Source: Nitrospirota bacterium (lineage in GTDB: Bacteria > Nitrospirota > UBA9217). From it: a stretch of 64,000 bases of DNA. Both the position numbers and the translations under genes were made by a program. Under the pieces are notes generated by a model. It was not told where the DNA came from and did no database searches. It saw only the letters and a list, made by a program, of their open reading frames with translations. Within the stretch, counting starts at the first letter, position 1. Every line of letters begins with the position of its first letter. This document shows positions 1 through 10,419 of this stretch, one piece after another. Location of the stretch: assembly GCA_963840455.1 (NCBI GenBank), contig CAWIYV010000008.1:31977-95976 (forward strand), given 5' to 3'.

Positions 1-930
1 CAGAGATTTTTAACGGGACCATGCCTGGGGATCGAGTTCACGTCCCGGGCGTTCAGGATGGGTCTGCTCACCGGCAACGGCGCATCGAGGTCCGTGCTCG
101 CCTCAAGAACGGTGCCGATGGAGGCGGGCATGGTGACCGAAGCGTTCGCAGCCCAGAACATCAGGGACAGCGAAGGCCTCGCATCCCTTGTCCGAAGCAG
201 TCTGAAGGACCTTACCACGCTTTCCCTCCGCCGCGCAGCCCTCAGTCTTCCGGACGGGATCTTCCGCGTCCAGACCCTCGAGTTCGATGAACTTCCGTCA
301 CATCGTCGGGACCGCGACCGGCTGGTCCGGTGGCGCTTGGAGAAGGGCGCGGCCTTTGACGTGTCGAACACGGTGCTGCGCTATCAGGTCGTTCCGCGCC
401 GCGACAAGGGCTGTTCCGTGCTCGCCTGCGTTGCAAAACAGGAGGTCATTTCCCAGTACGAAGACCTGCTGACAGGACTGGGCCTCGAACCATGGGCGGT
501 GGCGCCGTCCTCTTTCAACGTCTTGAACTTCTACGGCCCCTATCTCGAGGTGAAGAACATCCCCTCCTTTGCCCTCGCATGGGTCACCGAAGGTTCGTAC
601 ACGACGATCATCCTGGAACAGGGCGGACCGCGGTTCTACCGTCACAAGGAGATCAAGGCGGTCACGCCGGCCGACGTTACCGCGCGGCTCATTCGCGAGC
701 TCGACGACTCGCTCCACTTCTATCTGCACATGGACCGCCAGCAGCAGTCCGAAGTCGGACGCCTCTATCTTACCGGTGAACAGGCCGTCGTGGCCCCGCT
801 GTTCGAGAGCCTGAAGAACGAAACGACCCTTGAGATCGAAACGCTCGTGCCCGCCGTCGTCCTTACTTCGGGAAGGGATGCAGCTGCGTCCCTTGCGGCG
901 GCCTTCGGTGCGGGAGGTGTCCGGAGATGA
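1..930 (+). CDS. pilM: PilM/GspL-like actin-fold assembly protein (5'-truncated by window)
   Basis: Frame open from base 1 (QRFLTGPCLGIEFT...); first gene of a pilM-N-O-like, secretin, pseudopilin cluster. Confidence 0.75.
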   Translation, partial: QRFLTGPCLGIEFTSRAFRMGLLTGNGASRSVLASRTVPMEAGMVTEAFAAQNIRDSEGLASLVRSSLKDLTTLSLRRAALSLPDGIFRVQTLEFDELPSHRRDRDRLVRWRLEKGAAFDVSNTVLRYQVVPRRDKGCSVLACVAKQEVISQYEDLLTGLGLEPWAVAPSSFNVLNFYGPYLEVKNIPSFALAWVTEGSYTTIILEQGGPRFYRHKEIKAVTPADVTARLIRELDDSLHFYLHMDRQQQSEVGRLYLTGEQAVVAPLFESLKNETTLEIETLVPAVVLTSGRDAAASLAAAFGAGGVRR

Positions 931-1502
931 AGCGGGCGGCGGTGATCACCATCAACTTTGCCCGGACCGACTTCGGGCTTATCGCACAAGTTCGCCAGTG
1001 GCTCATCGCTGGTATTGTCGTGCTCGGGATCCTTGCAGGCGCGCTCCTGTGGATCGCGAACGCTACCGTGCATCAGGGCGCAGCTGCGGAACAGCGCGTC
1101 AGGGACCTTGCCGCCTCGGCAGAGAAGTTGCATCCGGCATTGGAAGAACGGCAGCAGCTGGTGAAGAACCTGGGCGCCATGTCGGGCCTGATCGAGGCCA
1201 GGCGGCATTCGTGGACGCAGTTCCTGAGCAGGATCGAGGCAGTATTCCCCTCCGGCATCGCCCTGACGAAGGTGGATTTCAACATCCGTGAGATGACCGT
1301 GGCCCTTGAAGGATCGGCGCAGTCGCCTGAGGCGCTCAGCAATCTCATGATCGGGCTGCAGCGGTCCCGCTCGTTCAAGAACCCCCAGTTAAAGCACCAA
1401 TCGCTGGAAAAAGGGAGCCTATCGTTCAATGTGGCAGTCTCGTATCAGGAACATGGTGTCGCCGGACCCGCTCCGGACACTGATCGGAAACCCGGCAACT
1501 AA
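927..1502 (+). CDS. pilN: PilN-like assembly protein
   Basis: INF N-terminal motif, single TM, 'P.GI.LT' and 'LEGSA' PilN-type segments; ATGA overlap with upstream gene. Confidence 0.8.
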   Translation: MKRAAVITINFARTDFGLIAQVRQWLIAGIVVLGILAGALLWIANATVHQGAAAEQRVRDLAASAEKLHPALEERQQLVKNLGAMSGLIEARRHSWTQFLSRIEAVFPSGIALTKVDFNIREMTVALEGSAQSPEALSNLMIGLQRSRSFKNPQLKHQSLEKGSLSFNVAVSYQEHGVAGPAPDTDRKPGN

Positions 1503-1989
1503 GCGGCTTCGGGTCCTTGCGGCAGTGTGTGCGGGGCTCATCGTGCTGAACCTGCTGTTGTATGCCTTCACCGTTGTCCCGGCCGCCGCGCGTCTTGCGG
1601 CGAGCAGGCAGCAGTACGCCGACCTCAAGAGGGAATACGCCGAGGCGGCGCTGTTCCAGAAACAGAAACAGCTCTTTGCCGGCCTCATGTCGGGCATCCC
1701 TGCGCAGAAGGACGTTCCGCTCCTGATCAAGGACCTGGCTCAGACGGCCCGCAGGCTGAACCTCTCGGTGGATGCGATCAATTCGGACATCCCCACGCAG
1801 GGGACCGGCGGTCTGACCATGCTGACGTTCACCTTTCCCGCGGCAGGTTCTTATCCCGATGTGAAGCGGTTCATCTACCAGGTCGAGACCTCATCCCGCC
1901 TCGTGGGGATCCAGGACCTGAAACTGGGCTCCGAGAAGGGGCGGGTAAAGCTCCAGATGAAGCTGGTGACCTATATTCGGGGAGAGTAG
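1453..1989 (+). CDS. pilO: PilO/GspM-like assembly protein
   Basis: N-terminal TM, coiled coil, 'GSYPDVKRFIYQVE' motif; gene order; start approximate. Confidence 0.75.
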   Translation: MVSPDPLRTLIGNPATKRLRVLAAVCAGLIVLNLLLYAFTVVPAAARLAASRQQYADLKREYAEAALFQKQKQLFAGLMSGIPAQKDVPLLIKDLAQTARRLNLSVDAINSDIPTQGTGGLTMLTFTFPAAGSYPDVKRFIYQVETSSRLVGIQDLKLGSEKGRVKLQMKLVTYIRGE

Positions 1990-2038
1990 GGAGCCTCCCC
2001 GGGCGCGAGCCGCAAGCGGGAGAGCGCCGTAAAGCATC

Positions 2039-2632
2039 ATGACATTGGCAAAATCGCAGCAGATAACAGTTCTGGCGGTCCTGGCAACGGCCCTTGTCGC
2101 GCTCTCCGTGTACCAGCGGGTCTCTCAAGAGGCGCCCCGGACCCAGCCGCTGACCTACACACGCGGCATGAAGGTCTCTGCGCCGGTCCGCAGGGGGATA
2201 TCCGCGTCCGGTCCGGCGGCCGACCTGCTCGCGGTTGTTGTGGAGCGGCGGGCGGATACCTATCCCCGCGTCATGCGGGATATCTTCCGGATGAGCGTTC
2301 CGGAGCCGGCGGGGAAGCGGAAACCGGTCGTTGCGCAGTCCGCAACGATCATCACGCAGCCGGTGTCAACGGTACCGGTGAAGACCGCAGAGGAGGTCGC
2401 TGCGGACCTGGCGCGGGCCGACCTCTCAAAGTTCCGGTTCCTGGGATACCTGACCGACAAGGACAGTTCGCTGTTTCTGTCCAAAGAGGGCGAGCTCTTC
2501 ATCGTCAAGAGCGGCGAAACAGTGCTCAAGAACTATCAGATAAAGGCCGTGGGGAAGGACCATGTGGTCATGCAAGACACGGTCACCAAGGTGGAGGCCC
2601 GGATTGAACTGACCGGAAGCGGCGGCAAGTAG
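2039..2632 (+). CDS. PilP/GspC-like (PulP-like) secretion accessory protein
   Basis: N-terminal TM, 'RDIF' motif and C-terminal beta domain (FLGYL...LFIVKSGE); lies between pilO and secretin. Confidence 0.55.
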   Translation: MTLAKSQQITVLAVLATALVALSVYQRVSQEAPRTQPLTYTRGMKVSAPVRRGISASGPAADLLAVVVERRADTYPRVMRDIFRMSVPEPAGKRKPVVAQSATIITQPVSTVPVKTAEEVAADLARADLSKFRFLGYLTDKDSSLFLSKEGELFIVKSGETVLKNYQIKAVGKDHVVMQDTVTKVEARIELTGSGGK

Positions 2633-2768
2633 GTCCGGATATCCGGGTGCGGCCGCCTTGCTGCGATCGTCGGAAAAGTCATGATGATCAGCGTGAGCGA
2701 TCGCCGCAAGAGTGCCCTGATCGGTACGCTCGATTCTCGTGATCGTTGTTATCATTCTGGAGGGGAAG

Positions 2769-5108
2769 ATGAAAAAGATCGGCATGCTAATGCTGACCAT
2801 GGTCGTGCTGCTCGGAGGCTGCGCCGGCTCGCGGGCGTTCCAGCGCGGGGACCAGTACGCGAAGGACGGCGAATGGGACCTGGCGGTGAAGGAATACCGC
2901 GATGCCCTGAAGAGCAATCCCCAGGACATCGAGTACCGATCGGCGCTCCTGCGCGCGGAGGAAACGGCGGCGAACCAGCACTACAAGAGGGCCCGGAACT
3001 TCCTGAAGGAACGCAAGCTGGACACGGCCATCCTCGAGCTCCAGCAGGCCATCTATCTGAATCCCACCAACTCGGCGATCCAGGGCGCCCTCAAGACCGT
3101 ATTGAACATGAAGCAGGCGGAAGAGCACTATCGCGCTGCCCTGACCTTCCAGGAGCTGAACCGCCTCAGCGAGGCGGCCAACGAGCTGAACCGGGCGGTG
3201 GAGCTTGATCCGGAGAACGCGAAGTATGTCGATACCCTGGAAAAGATCCAGAAAAAGAGGAGCGAGGCCGAGCCCGATGAAGCCCTGACCCTGGCGTCGG
3301 ACAAGCCGATCACCCTGAACTTCAAGAACACGAACATCAAGGAGGTCTTCGAGCTCCTTTCCAAGCTTTCGGGCATCAACATCATGTTCGACGAGGAGAT
3401 CAGGGCGCAGCCTGTTACGGTCTTTGTGAAGGATGTGTCGTTCCAGTATGCGCTCAACCTCCTCCTGTCCACGAACAAGCTCTTCATGAAGAAGGTCAGC
3501 GCCGACACGATCATCATCATTCCCAAGACAAAGGCGAAGATGGACCAGTACCAGGACCTGGTGATGAAGACATTCTACCTGAACAATGCCAAGTCAAAGG
3601 ATATGGTGAACCTGCTCCGCTCGATGCTGGACACACGGAAGGTCTATGTGAACGAGGTGCTGAACTCCATCACGGTCCGGGATACACCGGAGAAGATCAA
3701 GCTGGTCGACAAGATCATCGCTGCGAACGACCTGAAGGAGGCTGAGGTCATCCTCGACGTGGAGATCCTCGAGATCTCGAGGACCAAAGCCCTGTCCTAC
3801 GGCTGGAATTTCCAGCCGGGGCTGACGGTCGGAGCCTCGGTCTCGGGGACGAAGCTGACCCCGGAAAATCCCAGCAGCAGCAACGTGGGGGTCACCCAGG
3901 GGATCAGCCTGAGCCAGTTTCGGAGCGCGACGAGCGATAATATAATCTTGACGCTTCCGAGCCTCCTCCTGACGCTGATCAAGCAGGATTCCGACGCGCA
4001 AACGCTTGCGAACCCGCGCGTCCGGGTTCTGAACAATAAGCAGGCAAAGTTCCATATTGGCGACAAGATCCCGATCCAGACAACAACGAGCCAGGCGACG
4101 ATTGCCGGGACAGTGGTCTCAACCTTCGAGTACAAGGATGTCGGCATCAAGCTGACCATCGATCCGAACGTGCACTTGAGCAACACGGTGACGCTCAAGA
4201 TGAACCTGGAGATCAGCAGCCTCGGCGATGCCATCGACTTCGGCAACGGCCAGAAGCAGTACAAGTTCGGCACGCGCAACGTGGATACGACCATCAACCT
4301 GCGCGATGGCGAGACCGTGATCATCGGCGGGTTGATCAAGGACGAAGAGCGGAAGAGCAGCAACAAGATCCCCCTGCTGGGAGATATCCCGGTGGTCGGG
4401 AAGCTCTTTTCGCGGAGCGACGACGGCACGATCAAAACGGACATCCTCATGTCAATCACGCCCAACATCGTGCGTTCTCTCGAGCTGCCCGACAAGGACC
4501 ATCAGTCGTTCTGGTCGGGCACGGAAGAGGCGTACGATGTCAAACCGGTCTTCACCAGCGCTGGCAAGAGCTCGAAACCGGCCGAAAAGGCGCTGGAGAA
4601 GACCGCGGTGCTCGATGCGCTCGCGAAGCGCGAAAAGCCGGCTCCGCAGAAGCCTCCCGAGGCTAAGGCGGAGGTCCCCGAGGCGGCGAGTACCGTCGCG
4701 GTGCTCGAACTCAAACCGGCAGAAACGGCAGCGGCGGTGGGGCAGGAGGCGAGGTACGAACTGTCCGTGACCGGCGTCAAGGACCTCTATGGTGCGATCA
4801 TTACGCTCAGCTACGATCCCAAGATCGTGGATTTCAAGGCCGCGGCCGAAGGGGCCTTCCTGAAGAAGGACAATCAGCAGACGTCGTTCCTCTTCTCGAA
4901 CAATCTCAAGGCGGGGACCGTGGACATCTATATCACCCGGATCGGCGATGTGGGCGGCATCGAGGGGGCAGGGAACCTTTGTACCGTCGTGTTACAGGGA
5001 AAATCCGCCGGAACGAGCCCGATCGTGTTCAAGAGCGTCAAGCTGGGGAACTACAACCGTGAGCAGGTCAAAGCGGACGTCAGGGCAGCGACGATCGTTG
5101 TAAAATAG
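2769..5108 (+). CDS. gspD: Secretin (GspD/PulQ-like) lipoprotein with N-terminal TPRs and C-terminal cohesin-like domain
   Basis: Lipobox LGGC, TPR repeats, 'LANPRVRVLNN', 'DGETVIIGGLI...KIPLLGDIPVVGKLF' secretin signature. Confidence 0.9.
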   Translation: MKKIGMLMLTMVVLLGGCAGSRAFQRGDQYAKDGEWDLAVKEYRDALKSNPQDIEYRSALLRAEETAANQHYKRARNFLKERKLDTAILELQQAIYLNPTNSAIQGALKTVLNMKQAEEHYRAALTFQELNRLSEAANELNRAVELDPENAKYVDTLEKIQKKRSEAEPDEALTLASDKPITLNFKNTNIKEVFELLSKLSGINIMFDEEIRAQPVTVFVKDVSFQYALNLLLSTNKLFMKKVSADTIIIIPKTKAKMDQYQDLVMKTFYLNNAKSKDMVNLLRSMLDTRKVYVNEVLNSITVRDTPEKIKLVDKIIAANDLKEAEVILDVEILEISRTKALSYGWNFQPGLTVGASVSGTKLTPENPSSSNVGVTQGISLSQFRSATSDNIILTLPSLLLTLIKQDSDAQTLANPRVRVLNNKQAKFHIGDKIPIQTTTSQATIAGTVVSTFEYKDVGIKLTIDPNVHLSNTVTLKMNLEISSLGDAIDFGNGQKQYKFGTRNVDTTINLRDGETVIIGGLIKDEERKSSNKIPLLGDIPVVGKLFSRSDDGTIKTDILMSITPNIVRSLELPDKDHQSFWSGTEEAYDVKPVFTSAGKSSKPAEKALEKTAVLDALAKREKPAPQKPPEAKAEVPEAASTVAVLELKPAETAAAVGQEARYELSVTGVKDLYGAIITLSYDPKIVDFKAAAEGAFLKKDNQQTSFLFSNNLKAGTVDIYITRIGDVGGIEGAGNLCTVVLQGKSAGTSPIVFKSVKLGNYNREQVKADVRAATIVVK

Positions 5109-5156
5109 GTGCAGTATGAGTTGACCGCCGAATTGAAATGTGAAGACGGTCATGCT

Positions 5157-5666
5157 ATGTGCAACCTCCGATCTTCCATGATGGATAAACGAGGCCTTAC
5201 TCTCATAGAAATGCTCGTGGTCATCGCGATCGTCAGTATCCTGGCGGCGGCGGTCATGCCACTCTCGCGCATGACCGTGAAACGGGTGAAGGAAATCGAG
5301 CTCCGGAGCGGCCTGCGGACGATCCGGTCGGCGATTGATGCGTTCCGAAAGGACTGTGAACCTACAGCGAAGAAACTTTCCACGGATTACTGCAAGGCAG
5401 ACCAGGATTACTATCCTGAGTCACTGGAGCAGCTAACCCAGCCGCTGAAGCTTGCCGGTACGGGCGACAAGACAAGGAAATATTTGCGCCGGATCCCGCG
5501 GGACCCCATGATGACGTCAAGCTACGATGGCGACGCGAACGGCTGGGGGCTCCGTTCCTACAGCGACCCCCCCGATTCGACGCAGTGGGGAGGGGGGAAC
5601 GTGTACGACGTGTATTCGAAGAGCGAGGCAGTTGCCCTTGACGGGACGAAGTACAGTACGTGGTGA
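5157..5666 (+). CDS. Type II secretion pseudopilin (GspG/PulG-like)
   Basis: Prepilin site G|LTLIEM, 'YLRRIPRDP', C-terminal 'DGTKYSTW'; start uncertain (5109/5157/5178). Confidence 0.85.
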   Translation: MCNLRSSMMDKRGLTLIEMLVVIAIVSILAAAVMPLSRMTVKRVKEIELRSGLRTIRSAIDAFRKDCEPTAKKLSTDYCKADQDYYPESLEQLTQPLKLAGTGDKTRKYLRRIPRDPMMTSSYDGDANGWGLRSYSDPPDSTQWGGGNVYDVYSKSEAVALDGTKYSTW

Positions 5667-5866
5667 ATCCAGGAGCGAGCGAGACCCCCGTGGGCTAGCG
5701 AGCGATTAGAATAATAGCTTCCTTGAGGATCGAAGATTCAAAGCCGTCGGCAGCTGGAAGCTTCAATCCAGGAGCGAGCGAGACCCCCGTGGGCTAGCGA
5801 GCGATTAGAATAAATAACTTCCTTGAGGATCGAAGATTCGAAGCCGTCGGCTGCTGGAAGCTTCAA
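5666..5866 (+). repeat. Repeat family A, two head-to-tail ~99 bp units
   Basis: AATCCAGGAGCGAGCG...GATTAGAATAA...TTGAGGATCGAAG...GCTTCAA at 5666 and 5765. Confidence 0.9.
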
Positions 5867-5888
5867 ATGGTCAAAAGAACGGGGACCG

Positions 5889-6335
5889 ATGACAGACATC
5901 AGAACAGAACGGAAAGAACTGACGGACCGGCAGAGTGTCGGGACCGCCCGCAGCCTGTCTGCCCGCGGCTTCACGCTCCTGGAGCTCATGATCGTGCTGG
6001 CGATCATCGGTGTCCTGATCACGATCGCCCAGCCGAACCTGAAGACCTCCATCACCCGGGCCAGGGAGGCCGTGCTGCGCGAGGACCTGTTCCAGATGCG
6101 GGATGCCCTTGACCAGTTCTATGCCGACAACGGAAAGTATCCCTCCCGGCTTGAGGACCTCGTCAGCGAGTCGGAAAAGTCCAAAAGCTATCTGCGCAGC
6201 ATTCCGAAGGACCCCTTCACCGGCGCCACGGACTGGATCACCGTTGCTCTTGATACCGAAGACGGCGGCGTTTTCGACATTCACAGCGCCAGCCCCCTTG
6301 TCGCAACGGACGGGACCGCCTACAACACCTGGTAG
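5889..6335 (+). CDS. Type II secretion pseudopilin (GspG/OxpG-like)
   Basis: G|FTLLELMIVLAII, 'REAVLREDL', 'YLRSIPKDP', C-terminal 'DGTAYNTW'. Confidence 0.88.
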   Translation: MTDIRTERKELTDRQSVGTARSLSARGFTLLELMIVLAIIGVLITIAQPNLKTSITRAREAVLREDLFQMRDALDQFYADNGKYPSRLEDLVSESEKSKSYLRSIPKDPFTGATDWITVALDTEDGGVFDIHSASPLVATDGTAYNTW

Positions 6336-6380
6336 ACCATCACTTCTCCGTTTTTTCAAGGAATTCCGCGGAAAAAAAGC

Positions 6381-6409
6381 TTGCAAGCCTCCAGTAAAAT
6401 CAGTAATAT
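6381..6409 (+). promoter_or_regulatory. Putative sigma70 promoter of the DUF502-glmU-glmS operon
   Basis: TTGCAA-17 bp-TAATAT. Confidence 0.5.
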
Positions 6410-6415
6410 AACGGC

Positions 6416-7051
6416 GTGAAAAAACTGAAGAATTTTCTGAAGAAAAACTTCATCACCGGTCTTCTCGTGCTGGTCCCTGTGGGTGTGACCATCTTCGTGC
6501 TCAAGGGCCTGCTCGGGTGGATCGACAACATCCTGGGGGACATCCCCGGGGAAGTGATCGGGATCCGATTCCCGGGCCTCGGCATCATCACCCTGATCCT
6601 GTTCATCCTCGTCGTCGGCATGATCTCCGCCAACTATTTCGGGAACCGGATCGTCCGCTACTGGGACGAGCTCATGCAGAAGGTGCCCCTGGTGCGCGGG
6701 GTGTATTCCACGGTCAAGCAGGTAATGGAGACGTTCTCCGTCAAGCACAACTTCCACGGCGTGGCTCTCGTGGAGTACCCGCGCAAGGGGTGCTACAGCA
6801 TCGGGTTCGTGACCTGTGACGTCCCGGGCGAGTCCGTGGGGCTCATCGGAAAGTACGAGACGGTCTTCGTGCCGACGACCCCCAACCCCACGGCGGGGTT
6901 CCTCCTCATGCTCCCGGAGGCGGAAGTGCGCCATCTCGACATGACGGTGGAGCAGGGCATGAAGTTCATCATCTCTCTCGGCCTCGTGTCGCTCTCCGAA
7001 CGGGAAGCTTTGAAATTGAAGCGACAGTGCGCCAGAGGGGGCGCCGCATGA
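6416..7051 (+). CDS. DUF502 membrane protein
   Basis: 'FITGLLVLVP', 'LVEYPRKG', 'VFVPTTPNPTAGFL' motifs. Confidence 0.9.
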   Translation: MKKLKNFLKKNFITGLLVLVPVGVTIFVLKGLLGWIDNILGDIPGEVIGIRFPGLGIITLILFILVVGMISANYFGNRIVRYWDELMQKVPLVRGVYSTVKQVMETFSVKHNFHGVALVEYPRKGCYSIGFVTCDVPGESVGLIGKYETVFVPTTPNPTAGFLLMLPEAEVRHLDMTVEQGMKFIISLGLVSLSEREALKLKRQCARGGAA

Positions 7052-8430
7052 GACCCACGGTGATCATTCTCGCGGCGGGCCTGGGGACGCGCATGCGGTC
7101 AGCCCTGCCCAAGGCCCTCCACCTGCTTGCGGGCAAGGCGCTCATCCGGCATGTCCTGGACGCGGTCAAGCCGCTCGGGCCGGGGAAGACCGCCGTCGTA
7201 TTGGGACACCAGGCCGACCGCGTCCGGGAGGCCATGGACGGCTATGCCGTTGAGATCGTCCACCAGGCCGAACAGCTCGGCACCGGCCACGCCGTGCGGC
7301 AGGCCGTTGATATAATCACCGCAGCGGCGGGACCGGTCGTCGTGCTGTGCGCCGACACGCCGCTCATTACGCCGGGAACGCTGATCTCCCTGATCGAGGC
7401 ACATTCCCGGGCAAAGGCCGCGGTCACGGTGATGACCGCGATGGCCGAGGACCCTGCGGGGTACGGGCGGGTGGTGCGCGGGAAGCCCGGCGTCATGCGG
7501 ATCGTGGAGGAAAAGGACGCCTCGGCCGCGCAGAAGAAGATCCGGGAAGTGAACGCCGGCGTCTACTGCTTCGAAAAGAAGTTCCTGCTGTCGGCGCTCG
7601 GCGGCATCAAGAACAGGAACGCCCAGGGCGAGTACTATCTTCCCGATACGATCGCCCTTGCGCGGAAGAAGAAGCTGAAGGTAGCCGCTGTCCTGTGCCC
7701 GGACACCGACGAGACCATGGGCATCAATTCGCGCTTCGATCTGAGCCAGGCGGAGATGGTCCTGCAGGCCAGGACCAACCTGCGGTGGATGCTGGAAGGC
7801 GTCACCCTGCCGGACCCGGCCACGGTCTTCATCGGCATGGACGTGAGCATCGGCAGGGACTCCATCGTATACCCCAATGTACGGCTGGAAGGGAAGACGA
7901 CGCTGGGCGAAGGTTGCACCGTGTATCCCGGGTCCCGCATCGTGGACAGCACTCTCGGAAGCGGCGTTGTGATCAAGGACTGCTGCGTCATCGAGGACAG
8001 CAGGATCGAGGATAGGGCCTCCGTGGGTCCCTTCGCCCATCTCCGGCCCGGCACCGTCCTCGGCGCTGGCTCGCGCATCGGCAATTTCGTCGAGGTCAAA
8101 AAATCCGTCATCGGCGAGGGGAGCAAGGCGAACCACCTGGCCTACCTGGGCGACGCGACCATCGGGAGGGACGTGAACATCGGCGCCGGAGTGATCACCT
8201 GCAACTATGACGGGTACCAGAAGCACCAGACCGTCATCGAGGATGGCGTGTTCGTGGGAAGCGACGCCCAGCTCGTTGCGCCGGTCCGGATCGGCAGGGA
8301 CGCGCTCGTGGCCGCCGGCACCACGGTGACCCGCGACGTGCCGGCGGAAGCGATGGTCATCAGCCGCGTGCCCCAGGAGGTCCGGGAAGGCGTGGCAGGC
8401 CGCCGGAAGAAGATGAAGCAAAAAAAATGA
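7048..8430 (+). CDS. glmU: Bifunctional UDP-GlcNAc pyrophosphorylase / glucosamine-1-P acetyltransferase
   Basis: 'ILAAGLGTRMRS.LPK', 'QLGTGHAV', hexapeptide repeats, 'GNFVEVK', 'TCNYDG'. Confidence 0.97.
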   Translation: MRPTVIILAAGLGTRMRSALPKALHLLAGKALIRHVLDAVKPLGPGKTAVVLGHQADRVREAMDGYAVEIVHQAEQLGTGHAVRQAVDIITAAAGPVVVLCADTPLITPGTLISLIEAHSRAKAAVTVMTAMAEDPAGYGRVVRGKPGVMRIVEEKDASAAQKKIREVNAGVYCFEKKFLLSALGGIKNRNAQGEYYLPDTIALARKKKLKVAAVLCPDTDETMGINSRFDLSQAEMVLQARTNLRWMLEGVTLPDPATVFIGMDVSIGRDSIVYPNVRLEGKTTLGEGCTVYPGSRIVDSTLGSGVVIKDCCVIEDSRIEDRASVGPFAHLRPGTVLGAGSRIGNFVEVKKSVIGEGSKANHLAYLGDATIGRDVNIGAGVITCNYDGYQKHQTVIEDGVFVGSDAQLVAPVRIGRDALVAAGTTVTRDVPAEAMVISRVPQEVREGVAGRRKKMKQKK

Positions 8431-8520
8431 AAAAGGTAAAAAGGAAAAAAGCACCATAAAGGCGTTACCCGCCATTTTTTTCATTTTGCGTTGAGCGTTT
8501 TAGATTGGAGCTAATCGACC

Positions 8521-10350
8521 ATGTGCGGCATCATCGGCTACATCGGCAATGAACCTGCCGTCCCCATCCTGATCGAGGGGCTGAAGAAGCTTGAGTACCG
8601 CGGCTATGATTCCTCGGGCATTGCCGTACTTCAGAACGGCAGGCTCGAGCTCCGCAGGGCGGTGGGCAAGCTCCAGAACCTCGAATCGGTCCTCCGGAGC
8701 GACACCCTGACCGGGACCATGGGGATCGGCCACGTGCGCTGGGCCACCCACGGAAGGCCGTCGGAGGAGAACGCCCATCCCCACCGGGCAGGCAGCGTCG
8801 TGGTGGTCCATAACGGCATCATCGAGAACTATACGGCCCTCAAGAAGGACCTCATGGCCCGGGGACGCGTGTTCCTGTCCGAGACCGACACCGAGGTCAT
8901 CGCCCACCTGATCGACAGCATCGCCGCGACGGGGACGAGCCTCGAGGATGCGGTGCGGGAAGCGGCGCGCCATCTGGAAGGCGCCTATGCCATCGCGGTC
9001 ATCGACGAGCGGACGCCGGACATCGTTGTCGGCGCGCGCAAGGGGAGCCCGCTCGTGGTGGGGCTGGGCCAGGGGGAGTTCTTCCTGGCCTCGGACATCC
9101 CGGCGATCCTCCACCGCACGCGCGACGTGCTGTTCCTCAACGACGACGAGATGGCGGTCCTGTCGGCGGAGGGGGTCCGCATCACCGATCTCAGGGGCAA
9201 CGAGGTCTCCCGCGAGGTCACCCGCGTGCTCTGGAACCCGGTCATGGCCGAGAAGGGCGGCTACCGCCACTTCATGCTGAAGGAGATCCACGAACAGCCG
9301 CGCGCCATCATGGACACGATCCGCGGGAGGATCTCGCAGGACAGGGGCGTCGTCCACCTCGAGGAGATCGGCATCACCCGGGAGCGCTTCACCGCCATCA
9401 AGAAGATCTTCATCGTTGCCTGCGGCACGTCCTGGCACGCCGCGCTGGTGGGAAAATTCATCATCGAGGAAATGGCGGCCGTCCCCACCGAGGTCGACAT
9501 CGCGTCGGAGTTCCGGTACCGCAAGCCTCTGGTGAACGGCGACACGCTCCTGATCGCCATCACCCAATCGGGCGAGACCGCCGACACGCTGGCGGCCATG
9601 CGCGAGGCAAAGGCGCGCGGCGCCACGGTGGTGACCATCTGCAATGTGGTCGGCTCCACGGCGAGCCGCGATGCCGGCGGCGTGGTCTATACCCATGCCG
9701 GTCCGGAGATCGGCGTTGCGTCGACCAAGGCCTTCACCGCCCAGCTCACCGCGCTCTATCTCTTCGGGCTCTTCCTCGGCAGCCTGCGGGGCGTCTTGTC
9801 GCCGGACGATATCCGGAAAGGGCTGGCGGACCTCGTGCGCGTCCCGGCGCTGGTGGAGCAGTGCCTCGAACAGAACGACGCCATCGAGCGGGTCGCCCGG
9901 CGCTTTTTTCAGGCCGCTGATTTCCTGTACCTGGGGCGGGGGCCGAACTATCCGGTCGCCCTGGAAGGCGCGCTGAAGCTGAAGGAGATCTCCTATATCC
10001 ACGCCGAAGGCTATCCCGCAGGCGAGATGAAGCACGGTCCGATCGCGCTCATCGACGAGAAGATGCCGGTGGTCGTTCTTGCCGGCAGGAACAACGTCTA
10101 TGAGAAGGTCCTCGCGAACATCCAGGAGGTGAAGGCCCGGAGCGGCATCGTCATCGCCGTTGCGAATGACGGGGATCCCGAGATCGCGAAACTGGCGGAC
10201 CACGTCATTACCGTGCCGGGGACCAGCCCGCTCCTGCAGCCCATCGTCATGTCCATCCCGCTTCAGCTCCTCGCATACCACATCGCCGTGCTCCGGGGCG
10301 CCGACGTGGACCAGCCACGGAACCTGGCGAAGAGCGTGACAGTGGAGTAA
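8521..10350 (+). CDS. glmS: Glutamine-fructose-6-phosphate transaminase
   Basis: MCGI N-terminus, 'EYRGYDS', 'RWATHG', C-terminal '[11 protein letters not shown]'. Confidence 0.98.
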   Translation: MCGIIGYIGNEPAVPILIEGLKKLEYRGYDSSGIAVLQNGRLELRRAVGKLQNLESVLRSDTLTGTMGIGHVRWATHGRPSEENAHPHRAGSVVVVHNGIIENYTALKKDLMARGRVFLSETDTEVIAHLIDSIAATGTSLEDAVREAARHLEGAYAIAVIDERTPDIVVGARKGSPLVVGLGQGEFFLASDIPAILHRTRDVLFLNDDEMAVLSAEGVRITDLRGNEVSREVTRVLWNPVMAEKGGYRHFMLKEIHEQPRAIMDTIRGRISQDRGVVHLEEIGITRERFTAIKKIFIVACGTSWHAALVGKFIIEEMAAVPTEVDIASEFRYRKPLVNGDTLLIAITQSGETADTLAAMREAKARGATVVTICNVVGSTASRDAGGVVYTHAGPEIGVASTKAFTAQLTALYLFGLFLGSLRGVLSPDDIRKGLADLVRVPALVEQCLEQNDAIERVARRFFQAADFLYLGRGPNYPVALEGALKLKEISYIHAEGYPAGEMKHGPIALIDEKMPVVVLAGRNNVYEKVLANIQEVKARSGIVIAVANDGDPEIAKLADHVITVPGTSPLLQPIVMSIPLQLLAYHIAVLRGADVDQPRNLAKSVTVE

Positions 10351-10352
10351 CA

Positions 10353-10419
10353 ATTGCGGATTGTGAATTTTGGATTGAAAAGCTTATAAATCCGCAATTG
10401 ACAATCCGCAATCCGGAAT
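10353..10419. repeat. Inverted heptanucleotide repeat tract (ATTGCGG / CCGCAAT)
   Basis: attgcgg attgtga attttgg ... aatccgc aattgac aatccgc. Confidence 0.7.

Noticed and set aside
5666-5866. Tandem repeat A units as a CRISPR array
   Set aside because: Only two ~100 bp near-identical units per locus, no unique spacers and no cas genes
8430-8520. glmS ribozyme upstream of glmS
   Set aside because: Spacer is only 90 bp, A/T-run rich, with no recognisable ribozyme core
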